Shown here: piece by piece, positions 35,387 through 43,644 of the stretch
How the letters are laid out: the number at the start of each line of letters is the position of its first letter
Position numbering within the stretch: position 1 is the first letter of the stretch
Assembly (NCBI GenBank): GCA_049297675.1
Contig: JBAQUS010000017.1
Span: 7,456-71,455 of the forward strand
DNA from: Minisyncoccia bacterium
GTDB taxonomy: Bacteria > Patescibacteriota > Minisyncoccia > Phycocordibacterales > DATDWN01
Direction: 5' to 3'
Length of the DNA stretch: 64,000 nucleotides
Made by a program: the position numbers and the translations under genes
The notes under the pieces: generated by a model
Told to the model about the DNA's origin: nothing
The model's database searches: none
The model's input: the letters and a program-made list of their open reading frames with translations, nothing else

Positions 35387-37637
35387 GTATCTAAAATCAA
35401 TTGAACTTTCTGGATTCAAGAGTTTTGCAAAAAAGGCAGAGCTCAGTTTTAACTCCAAAGTTTCTGCTATAGTAGGTCCGAATGGTTCGGGAAAGTCTAA
35501 CATTGCCGAAGCTTTTCGATTTGTACTAGGTGAACAGTCCATAAAGAGTTTGCGTGGTAAAAAAGGAGAGGATTTAATATTTAATGGAGCAGGGAACTTA
35601 CCAAGGTCTAATAGAGCAGGAGTTAAAGTAGTTTTCGACAATAATACAAAATTTTTACCAATTGACTTTGAGACAGTGACAATCGAAAGAGTAGTTCACA
35701 GGGACTCAGTAAACGAATATCTTATAAATGGCTCACAGGTCAGACTCCGGGATGTTATTGAGCTACTCTCATCAGCTCATATAGGCTCCTCTGGGCATCA
35801 TATTATCTCCCAAGGTGAAGCGGATAGAATTCTAAATGCCAGCACAAAAGAGAGAAAAGCTATGATCGAGGATGCACTAGGGCTCAAACTGTATCAGTAT
35901 AAAAAAGTTGAGAGTGAGAGAAAGCTAGAGAAAACAGAAGAGAACATTAAACAAGTTGGATCACTGCGTCGTGAAATTATGCCCCACATAAAGTTTCTCA
36001 AAAAACAGGTTGAGAAAGTGGAGAGGGCGATAGAGCTCAAAGATGAGCTTCAAAAAGAAGCACAAGAATATCTTCGGCGTGAGGAAGAATACATTTCTGT
36101 TAATGAGAAAAATTTAGAAAAAGAAAAAAACCCACTTTTAGAGAGTCAGAGTAATCTGGATAAGGAACTTCGTCAGGCTAAGGAGACTTTAGAGAAGGCA
36201 AAAAATAAAGATGAAAAATCTAAAGAGCTTATAGAACTTGAATCGGATTTACACAATACAAGAGAAGAAAAGGATAGTCTTTACAGAGAATTCGGAAGAG
36301 TAGATGGAGAACTTATGTCCCTAATTAGAATGGTAAAAAAGCAGGAAGAAGTAGGGCGATCTATTGAGCACAAAACAGTGGCACTCATCTTGGTTGAAAA
36401 GCTAATAAGTGACATTGAGAAAATTACTAGTGAGGCAAGACAAAAAAAGGATGTAGATTATCTGGTTACTGCAATAGATAAAACAATCCTACTATTGAAT
36501 AACTTCATTGATGAGAATAAAGATAGAGTGGATATGTCTCTTTTGGAAGAAAGCAGAAAAGAAATTGACAGTTTGAAATCAAGAAAAGAGAAAATAGAGA
36601 AGTCACTTTCTGATTTGACAGAGAAAGAGAAAGAGTTCGATAAAAGATACAGAGAACTAAAATCCAGTATTGAAAAGGAAAAAGATGTAAACCGTGATGC
36701 AGAAAAGGCTGTTTTTAGAATTATGGCTGAGAGTCAGGAAGTGCGTTCAAAAATTCATGATTTAAGTCTAAAAGAGGAGAATTTGAGGCTTGTTAGGGAA
36801 GATTTCAAAAGGGAGCTCCTTGAGCTCGGGCATATAGTCGGTGTTTCCATTTCTGAATACAAAAAATTGGACTTGGATTTTAGCGTGGAAGAGAGACGGG
36901 GGGATCAGGAAGAGAGAAGAAGGAAAATTGAGAAAATAAAAATTCGCTTGGAGGACTCGGGTGGAGCAGGTGGTGCTGAAGTTTTAAAGGAATACACTGA
37001 AGCCACTGAGAGGGATAGTTTTTTGGAGAGGGAGCTTTTGGATTTGGAAAAATCGGCAGAGTCTCTACAAGAGTTAATAAAAGATTTGGACGAAAGACTT
37101 TCAAACGAGTTCAAGCAAGGAATTAGTAAGATAAATCATCAATTTAAAGAATATTTCTCACTCATGTTTGGTGGAGGTGATGCTTCACTTTCTGTCTCTG
37201 CTCCAGTAAAAAGAAAAAAGAGAGATACAGATCTGGATTTAGAAAGTGGTGACGATCCAGAGCTAGTAGAAGAAGAGGCGGAAGAGGGAATCGATATTGA
37301 GGTCAATCTACCAAAGAAAAAAGTTAAAGGTCTTATGATGCTCTCAGGTGGTGAAAGAGCTCTGACATCCATTGCACTTTTGTTTGCCATCTCACAAGTA
37401 AATCCACCTCCTTTTATTATTCTGGATGAAACGGATGCGGCACTAGACGAGGCAAATTCTAAAAAGTATGGAGATATGGTGGAAAGTCTATCTGAGAGAT
37501 CACAGCTTATTGTCATAACTCACAACAGAGAAACAATGTCACGGGCTGGGATTCTCTACGGGGTCACTATGGGACTAGGTGGCGGGTCAAAGCTTCTCTC
37601 AGTCTCTTTTGATGAAGCTGTTACAACTGCCAAGTAA
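35385..37637 (+). CDS. smc: SMC-family chromosome-segregation ATPase, short (750 aa)
   Basis: N-terminal Walker A GPNGSGKSN, a long coiled coil, and a C-terminal LSGGERALTSIALLFA signature with Walker B. Confidence 0.75.
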   Translation: MYLKSIELSGFKSFAKKAELSFNSKVSAIVGPNGSGKSNIAEAFRFVLGEQSIKSLRGKKGEDLIFNGAGNLPRSNRAGVKVVFDNNTKFLPIDFETVTIERVVHRDSVNEYLINGSQVRLRDVIELLSSAHIGSSGHHIISQGEADRILNASTKERKAMIEDALGLKLYQYKKVESERKLEKTEENIKQVGSLRREIMPHIKFLKKQVEKVERAIELKDELQKEAQEYLRREEEYISVNEKNLEKEKNPLLESQSNLDKELRQAKETLEKAKNKDEKSKELIELESDLHNTREEKDSLYREFGRVDGELMSLIRMVKKQEEVGRSIEHKTVALILVEKLISDIEKITSEARQKKDVDYLVTAIDKTILLLNNFIDENKDRVDMSLLEESRKEIDSLKSRKEKIEKSLSDLTEKEKEFDKRYRELKSSIEKEKDVNRDAEKAVFRIMAESQEVRSKIHDLSLKEENLRLVREDFKRELLELGHIVGVSISEYKKLDLDFSVEERRGDQEERRRKIEKIKIRLEDSGGAGGAEVLKEYTEATERDSFLERELLDLEKSAESLQELIKDLDERLSNEFKQGISKINHQFKEYFSLMFGGGDASLSVSAPVKRKKRDTDLDLESGDDPELVEEEAEEGIDIEVNLPKKKVKGLMMLSGGERALTSIALLFAISQVNPPPFIILDETDAALDEANSKKYGDMVESLSERSQLIVITHNRETMSRAGILYGVTMGLGGGSKLLSVSFDEAVTTAK

Positions 37638-37670
37638 ATGTGATAAGATAGGAAATAGAAGGGGGTGGGT

Positions 37671-38033
37671 ATGTGTATTATCACAGCTATCGAGTGCGAA
37701 GTCTGCAACGACCCAATCATTGCAGTTGAACCTAGAGAAGAAAAAGTTGTAGTTACAATACTGTGTTTCAGGTGTCTGACTTTGTTAACCTACTCGATCG
37801 ACGAGTTGGCTAAATTGAACAAGGTCAGGTGCGGGAATATGAAATGCAGAAATGTAGTCATAACTACGCACAGAAAGAGTGATGAAGTAATTATCACTCT
37901 TGAATGCTCGAGTTGCCCGAATATCTCTAGTTTCTCACTTGACGGCCTGCAAAGATCGGTCGGACTAAGGTCTGATTACGACTGCATTGATCAGGCAGAA
38001 ATTGTCTACCAGATTAGCCATCTCGTCTACTAG
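37671..38033 (+). CDS. hypothetical double zinc-ribbon protein (~120 aa), GC-elevated
   Basis: Four CxxC pairs (CEVC, CFRC, CGNMKC, CSSC). G-rich RBS 5 nt upstream. Confidence 0.4.
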   Translation: MCIITAIECEVCNDPIIAVEPREEKVVVTILCFRCLTLLTYSIDELAKLNKVRCGNMKCRNVVITTHRKSDEVIITLECSSCPNISSFSLDGLQRSVGLRSDYDCIDQAEIVYQISHLVY

Positions 38034-38152
38034 GAGTCGAAGTGCTGGTGTTTCTTGAGGACCCCGCGATTGCATCAATGCATCAAAGGGTCCGTCTTTA
38101 TATATAAAAATAAATAACTAAACCACAAAACTATCTAAGTATGCTTAATGTA

Positions 38153-38200
38153 TACTCATACACTTAACTTATGCTATAGCATAAGTTAAGTGTATGAGTA
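38153..38200. repeat. 48-bp perfect palindrome (24-bp arms TACTCATACACTTAACTTATGCTA) in a convergent intergenic region
   Basis: Read directly. Flanked by A-rich direct repeats (TAGGTAAAA x2, ATAAAG.GTAAAA x2). Confidence 0.85.
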
Positions 38201-38324
38201 GTTAATAAATGCATAACGAAATTTAGGTAAAATGAAATCTAGGTAAAAATTGGGTGTGCAAAATAAAGTAAAAGCAAAAATAGGGTAAGGTTAATAAAGA
38301 GTAAAAACTTGAATTAACTATTAA

Positions 38325-40250
38325 TTATGAATTAACAAGAGAGTAGTCGAGCACTCGACGTTCGAGGTCGGCTGAAACAACTTTGAACCTGACTTTGTCG
38401 CCCAATGTGAATTTCTTACCACTACTCTGTCCCTTGATTGTGTAGTTTTTTTCGTCTAGTGACCAAAAGTCATCACCCAAATCCTTTAGCTTTATCATTC
38501 CTTCGCATTTTGTTTCTTTCTCCTCAACATAAATACCCCATTCTGTCACGCCCATTATGGTGCCATCGAATTCCTCACCAACATGCTCTTGCATGTATTC
38601 TACCTGTTTGTACTTTATAGAAGTTCTCTCGGCATCTGTTGCTTTTTTTTCAAGCTCGCTCGATGCTAGACAAAGGGTTTCATATTTTTGAAATTCATCA
38701 AGTTCTACTTTTCCACCCTTGAGCTCTCGCTCTAGAAATCTGTGAACTAATACGTCCGGGTATCTTCTTATGGGTGAAGTAAAGTGCGTATAGTAAGCGA
38801 AAGCTAAAGAGAAATGACCAATGTTTTTTGTCGAGTAAACTGCCTTTTGCATACTTCTGACAGTAGCCGTATTTATGAGTTCCTCATTTGGTGTACCTTT
38901 TACTTCAGCTAAGAGTCGATTCAAATCCTTCGACGTTACTTCACCATCTTTGTTATTTAGATCAAAGCCTAAAGCTTTTAGAAAAATTGCCAAATCTTTT
39001 ATCCTATCTTTGTCTGGATTAGCATGAATACGATAGACAGATTGTTTACCTTTTAAACCTTTGTTTTGTGACATAAAAATATGTTTTGCCACAGCACGGT
39101 TAGCTAGGAGCATAAATTCCTCCACAAGTTTATGAGTATCAAGTCTTGATTTTCTGTAAACAGAAACTGGTTTACCTTTTTCATCTAATACAAACTTTAC
39201 TTCATCAGTATCAAAAACCATTGCTCCAGATTTTATTTTATTTTTTTCAAATTTCTGAGCTATTTCTCTTAGTTTTCTTAGCTCTTTTTGAAATGGGTCT
39301 TGGAGTTTTCCATCAATAACTTCCTGTGCTTCCTCATATGTGAACCTCTTGTCGGAATGTATAACTGTTCGTCCGAACCATTCGTCAAAAACTTTTCCGC
39401 TTCCATCCATTTTAAAAATAGCAGAAAAAGTAAATTTATCCTCGTCTGGGTTTAATGAACAAAGATCATTAGATAAAACTTCAGGGAGCATGGGAATTGT
39501 TCTATCTACCAAATAAACAGAGAGTCCTCTTTTTTCGGCTTCATGATCTAGCTCTGTACCAGGTGTTACAAAATATGAGACGTCAGCGATATGTACACCT
39601 ATCTCGTATGTATCATTCCCTAAATCCACAAATGAAATGGCGTCGTCAAAATCCTTTGCATCAAATGGGTCAATTGTCATAGTAGTGACATCTCTCATAT
39701 CACGACGGTTTTTTATTTCACTTTCGAAATGACTTCTGTATTCCTTTTTTATTTTCTCTGCTTCTTCTTCAACTTTTTCTGGAAATTCAACACGAAATCC
39801 ACGCTCTAGAACAATAGACTCCATCTCTGTGTTGTTCTCTCCCTTCTTTCCTATTACCATTACCAGCTCTCCCGCTAGTGTTTGCCAGTCGACTATTTTA
39901 ACTAGAACCTTTTCATTCTTTATAACATTCTCATCGTTTGGCAAGGAAATATCCACATAAACTCTTTTATCATCGGGAACAGCGTAAACTTTTCCGTCAT
40001 GAATATCTATTGTTCCAACAAACTCATCTCTGGACCTCTTTACTATTTTTTCCACTTTACCCTGTTCACGGTTTCTTATTTTATTTCCCAAAAGAGAGAC
40101 AATCACAATGTCTCCAGAAAATGCCTTGTTTATATTTTCTGGTTGAATCTCTATACTCTCGTCTTTTTTCCTGCTCAGTGGATCAGGGTTAAAAAAACCC
40201 ACACCTTTTGTGTTCACAGATATCTGTCCCTCGAGGGTCTTTTTAGTCAT
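38325..40250 (-). CDS. rnr: ribonuclease R (RNB family exoribonuclease)
   Basis: Cold-shock/OB domain, RNB domain motifs, and a C-terminal S1 domain. Confidence 0.9.
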   Translation of the reverse strand: MTKKTLEGQISVNTKGVGFFNPDPLSRKKDESIEIQPENINKAFSGDIVIVSLLGNKIRNREQGKVEKIVKRSRDEFVGTIDIHDGKVYAVPDDKRVYVDISLPNDENVIKNEKVLVKIVDWQTLAGELVMVIGKKGENNTEMESIVLERGFRVEFPEKVEEEAEKIKKEYRSHFESEIKNRRDMRDVTTMTIDPFDAKDFDDAISFVDLGNDTYEIGVHIADVSYFVTPGTELDHEAEKRGLSVYLVDRTIPMLPEVLSNDLCSLNPDEDKFTFSAIFKMDGSGKVFDEWFGRTVIHSDKRFTYEEAQEVIDGKLQDPFQKELRKLREIAQKFEKNKIKSGAMVFDTDEVKFVLDEKGKPVSVYRKSRLDTHKLVEEFMLLANRAVAKHIFMSQNKGLKGKQSVYRIHANPDKDRIKDLAIFLKALGFDLNNKDGEVTSKDLNRLLAEVKGTPNEELINTATVRSMQKAVYSTKNIGHFSLAFAYYTHFTSPIRRYPDVLVHRFLERELKGGKVELDEFQKYETLCLASSELEKKATDAERTSIKYKQVEYMQEHVGEEFDGTIMGVTEWGIYVEEKETKCEGMIKLKDLGDDFWSLDEKNYTIKGQSSGKKFTLGDKVRFKVVSADLERRVLDYSLVNS

Positions 40251-40315
40251 ATTTTTCAGTTTAGCAAATAAGAATCAGTTTGACCATTTTGTTCTTTCTT
40301 GTTACTATAGCCAGC

Positions 40316-40699
40316 ATGTTAAAAATACGATTACAGAGAGTTGGGAGGGCACACGAGCCGGTTTACAGACTGGTTTTGACCGATTCTAAAAACGCCACAA
40401 AGAGCGGAAAATATTTGGAAAACCTGGGGTCATTTGATTCCAGAAGAGGAGAGAAAGCAGTTTTCAAAGATGATAGGGTAAAATATTGGCTTTCAAAAGG
40501 AGCACAGGCAACTGGCACAGTTCATAATCTCCTTGTTAGCAGGAAAGTTGTACAAGGCAAAAAAATAAATGTTTTGCCAAAAAAGAAGCCTATATTAAAA
40601 GAAGGTGCTGAAACTCCAACTGAAGCCAAAAAAGAGATCGTATTGGAAACTCCGGTTTCAACTCCAAAGGAGGAAGTAGTAGAAACCGTCTCCTCCTAA
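40316..40699 (+). CDS. rpsP: 30S ribosomal protein S16 with a C-terminal extension
   Basis: MLKIRLQRVG...PVYRLV S16 signature. Confidence 0.85.
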   Translation: MLKIRLQRVGRAHEPVYRLVLTDSKNATKSGKYLENLGSFDSRRGEKAVFKDDRVKYWLSKGAQATGTVHNLLVSRKVVQGKKINVLPKKKPILKEGAETPTEAKKEIVLETPVSTPKEEVVETVSS

Positions 40700-40765
40700 T
40701 TTTGACGAAAATTTCTGTTAGCCTTATAATATTACTGTTAGATTAATAATTAACTGAACGACTAA

Positions 40766-41080
40766 ATGGAACTAGACAAAAAATTTTTGGAATTTATTAT
40801 AAAGGAACTCGTTGATAATCCTTCTGACGTAAAAATAAACAGGACTGTAGATGAGATGGGTGTACTCATGACACTGGATGTAAACCCTGCTGACATGGGA
40901 AAGATTATCGGTAGAGAAGGAAATACCGCAAAGGCGATCAGAACACTCCTTCGAGTAGTCGGGATGAAAAATAACGCCAGAGTAAACCTAAAGATAAACG
41001 AACCAGAAGGGGCGGGAAGAGAGGCAAAAATGAGTGCTTCTAAGTCCCTCGACGAAGCAATGTCCGACCTAAATCTCTAA
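40766..41080 (+). CDS. KH-domain RNA-binding protein (KhpA/YlqC-like)
   Basis: KH GxxG motif (IIGREGNTAKAIRTLL). Conserved position after rpsP. Confidence 0.8.
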   Translation: MELDKKFLEFIIKELVDNPSDVKINRTVDEMGVLMTLDVNPADMGKIIGREGNTAKAIRTLLRVVGMKNNARVNLKINEPEGAGREAKMSASKSLDEAMSDLNL

Positions 41081-41099
41081 TTTTATAATTAATCACTCC

Positions 41100-41120
41100 T
41101 GTGGAAGACCGTCTTCCACA
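41100..41120. repeat. REP family 1 palindrome TGTGGAAGAC-C-GTCTTCCACA (opposite orientation to the copies at RAYT-1)
   Basis: Same 10-bp arms as 6755-6775, with central C instead of G. 20 nt after the KH gene stop. Confidence 0.85.
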
Positions 41121-41136
41121 TATTTGTCGTGTTGAC

Positions 41137-41165
41137 TTGACAATGGATTTGTGTGGTGATACAAT
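41137..41165 (+). promoter_or_regulatory. sigma70-like promoter TTGACA-N17-TACAAT inside the rpsP-trmD insert
   Basis: Hexamers and spacing read directly. Confidence 0.4.
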
Positions 41166-41214
41166 GGATAGCGGAACAACCCAAGCTGGTGCTAAGTGCA
41201 CCGAGGAGGATGGA

Positions 41215-41400
41215 ATGAACTGCAAAGGTGAAATCATGACCGGCGGTGAAGTGGCCAGTGTGTTTGCATTCTCGTTTGCCTTGCTGGTGGTCGGAGTACT
41301 CGTCTTCGGGCAGGTGCCGATTGCCCAGGCAATCGAGACAGGCTGGGGCTTCAGTGCCGCCCAGCCCATTCTCAAACTCAAAATTGTGTGGGGAGGGTGA
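41215..41400 (+). CDS. hypothetical small membrane protein (61 aa), GC-rich
   Basis: GAGGAGG RBS and one TM helix. ORF-track frame 41101..41400 trimmed to this ATG. Confidence 0.35.
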   Translation: MNCKGEIMTGGEVASVFAFSFALLVVGVLVFGQVPIAQAIETGWGFSAAQPILKLKIVWGG

Positions 41401-41401
41401 G

Positions 41402-41542
41402 ATGCCAAAAACCTTCTGGCTTTGTCTCTCGTTCATTCTCGTCACGGTTGCTGCCGCAGTGGTCTTTATCTCTTACGAGGTGAAGTACGAGCACAACAAC
41501 CCCGATCGGCCAATCACTCCCATCGCCTTTCGAAGGGCGTGA
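41402..41542 (+). CDS. hypothetical small membrane protein (46 aa), GC-rich
   Basis: GGGGAGGG RBS overlapping the upstream stop, and one TM helix. Confidence 0.3.
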   Translation: MPKTFWLCLSFILVTVAAAVVFISYEVKYEHNNPDRPITPIAFRRA

Positions 41543-41639
41543 GAATTCATGAATGCCGGAGGTGAGGTCTTAGACCACGCCTCCGGTTCGTCGTATATAC
41601 AATTTCATGCATTTGTGATATAAATCAATAGGAGGTAAC

Positions 41640-41747
41640 ATGACCACTATTGCTTTTCTTCTCTTACTTAGTCGATTGAAGATTGTACGGAAATTCATGG
41701 CGTTCTGGAGGCTACTCACTGATCTAGAGAAAAGTGCTGGTCTCTAA
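41640..41747 (+). CDS. possible micro-ORF (35 aa) with an AGGAGG RBS
   Basis: RBS-ATG spacing is ideal. Followed by the perfect hairpin CGAGGAGGAC-ATAA-GTCCTCCTCG (41748-41771). Confidence 0.2.
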   Translation: MTTIAFLLLLSRLKIVRKFMAFWRLLTDLEKSAGL

Positions 41748-41785
41748 CGAGGAGGACATAAGTCCTCCTCGAACTATTTAATATT

Positions 41786-42481
41786 ATGCGTTTCCATATA
41801 ATTACGTTATTTCCAAAGGCCTTTGATTCATATCTAAATGAGTCTATTATTTCTCGTGCCATTGAGGACAAGAAAATTAAAGTTAACTTCTACAACCCAC
41901 GAAATTTTACAAAAGACAAACACAGAAGAATTGATCAGAAGCCGTATGCTGGAGGACCTGGAATGGTCATACAAGCAGAACCTGTAATAAAAGCGATAGA
42001 GAAAGCATTGGGTAGAATATCGAAGCACGAAGCACAAAGCACGAAAAAAATTCGAATTTCGAACATCGAGCGTCGTACTTCTGCCCGAATTATTTTTTTG
42101 AGTCCGGGAGGAAAGCAGTTTGATACGAACTATGCCAAAAAAGTTAATCAAAAATTTACTGATATAATAATTGTTTGTGGTAGATATGAGGGTATTGATG
42201 CTAGAGTTAAAAAGGTGTTCAAAATGGAAGAAATATCGGTTGGGCCATATGTCCTAACAGGCGGGGAATTGCCAGCTATGATACTGATTGACTCAATTTC
42301 AAGGCAGGTTTCAGGGGTTTTAGGAAATATAGATTCTCTTGAAGAGAGAAGAGTAGCAAGCAGAGATGTTTATACAAGACCTGAGGTTCTTGTTCACAAT
42401 GATAAAAAGTACAGAGTGCCGAAAGTTTTGCTTTCCGGTAATCATGCTAAAATAATCGAGTGGAAAAAGAAAAGATCTTAA
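41786..42481 (+). CDS. trmD: tRNA (guanine37-N1)-methyltransferase
   Basis: MRFHIITLFP N-terminus and SPOUT-knot motifs. Confidence 0.9.
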   Translation: MRFHIITLFPKAFDSYLNESIISRAIEDKKIKVNFYNPRNFTKDKHRRIDQKPYAGGPGMVIQAEPVIKAIEKALGRISKHEAQSTKKIRISNIERRTSARIIFLSPGGKQFDTNYAKKVNQKFTDIIIVCGRYEGIDARVKKVFKMEEISVGPYVLTGGELPAMILIDSISRQVSGVLGNIDSLEERRVASRDVYTRPEVLVHNDKKYRVPKVLLSGNHAKIIEWKKKRS

Positions 42482-43608
42482 ACTTAATAAAAATTACTTC
42501 CAACATCGCTACGGTTTTTTTCATTGGACTGATTATTGTTGGCTTAGCAGATGATAAAAAGATAAATAGTCAAAATTGGGTCGTCTTTAAGAGCGACTCA
42601 GAAATTACAAGCAAAACCGAGCTTGCTGAAAAAGTTTCTATCTCTACACCTACAAAAAAAGTTTCAAAGGAAATTGAACCATGCCCTAAGAGTAATACTG
42701 ACTTTGATTGTTATAACGATTACTATAAAAATCTAGTTTTGAAAAAAGGTGTACCGGAAGCAATGAAGGTTTTGAAAGATGAGTACAGTAAAAATCAATA
42801 CGTGGTTGCCCAGTGTCATCCTCTGACACACGTCATAGGTCACGCCGCAGTCTCACTTTACCCGACAGTTTCAGAGGCTTTTACAAATGGTGACGCTTAT
42901 TGTTGGTCAGGATATTATCACGGGGTAATGGAAGAGGTATCAGAGAGAATCGGGCTAAATAAGATTGCCGGGGAACTAAACAATATATGTAAAGATATCC
43001 CTGGAAAGGAAAAATATAGTTTTGACTATTACAACTGTGTTCACGGGTTGGGACATGGAGTAATGGCTGTCAGTGAAAATAATTTATTTAATTCTCTAAA
43101 ACTCTGTGATAATCTAGTTGGGGGCTGGGAACAAAGTTCATGTTACGGTGGAGTATATATGGAAAATATCATTATAGAAGGCCAAGGAGAACATACTGAC
43201 TATCTGAAACCTAGCGATCCACTTTATCCATGTAACTCTGTCGAGAATAAATACAAATCATCGTGTTACCTCATGCAGACATCTTATGCTCTGAAAGTTT
43301 ACAATCAGGATTTCTCAAAAGTATTTGCTTTGTGTAGGAAAGCTGATACAGGGTTTGAAGATATATGTTGGCAGAGCCTTGGAAGAGATGCTTCTGGTTC
43401 GACATCAAGCAATGCCGAGGCAACAAGGGCTAAATGTTATTTTGGTGAAAACTATAGGGAAAGATCAAATTGTGTTGTGGGGGCGGTCAAAGATTTCATC
43501 TCATATTTCCACTCTGACATAGAAGCCAAAAAATTCTGTTCGATTCTTACTGATGATTTGAAACTAGTCTGTTTGGATGTGGCTACTGCTTACTATAAGA
43601 GTTTTTAA
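42460..43608 (+). CDS. hypothetical membrane-anchored Cys/His-rich protein (382 aa)
   Basis: N-terminal TM helix and repeated C..G.GHG / SCY motifs. No recognised family. Confidence 0.5.
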   Translation: MEKEKILNLIKITSNIATVFFIGLIIVGLADDKKINSQNWVVFKSDSEITSKTELAEKVSISTPTKKVSKEIEPCPKSNTDFDCYNDYYKNLVLKKGVPEAMKVLKDEYSKNQYVVAQCHPLTHVIGHAAVSLYPTVSEAFTNGDAYCWSGYYHGVMEEVSERIGLNKIAGELNNICKDIPGKEKYSFDYYNCVHGLGHGVMAVSENNLFNSLKLCDNLVGGWEQSSCYGGVYMENIIIEGQGEHTDYLKPSDPLYPCNSVENKYKSSCYLMQTSYALKVYNQDFSKVFALCRKADTGFEDICWQSLGRDASGSTSSNAEATRAKCYFGENYRERSNCVVGAVKDFISYFHSDIEAKKFCSILTDDLKLVCLDVATAYYKSF

Positions 43609-43644
43609 TTTTACTCTTTTATACTTTGAGTTTATACTACCGAA

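Noticed and set aside
41101-41400. ORF-track call of a 99-aa protein starting inside the REP palindrome
   Set aside because: The start would lie inside the REP and upstream of the promoter-like hexamers. I trimmed it to the ATG at 41215, which has a GAGGAGG RBS.
41748-41771. GGAGG inside the hairpin CGAGGAGGAC-ATAA-GTCCTCCTCG as a sequestered RBS for trmD
   Set aside because: It is about 30 nt from the trmD ATG, too far to serve as an SD. It is more likely a terminator or insulator stem of the inserted cassette.
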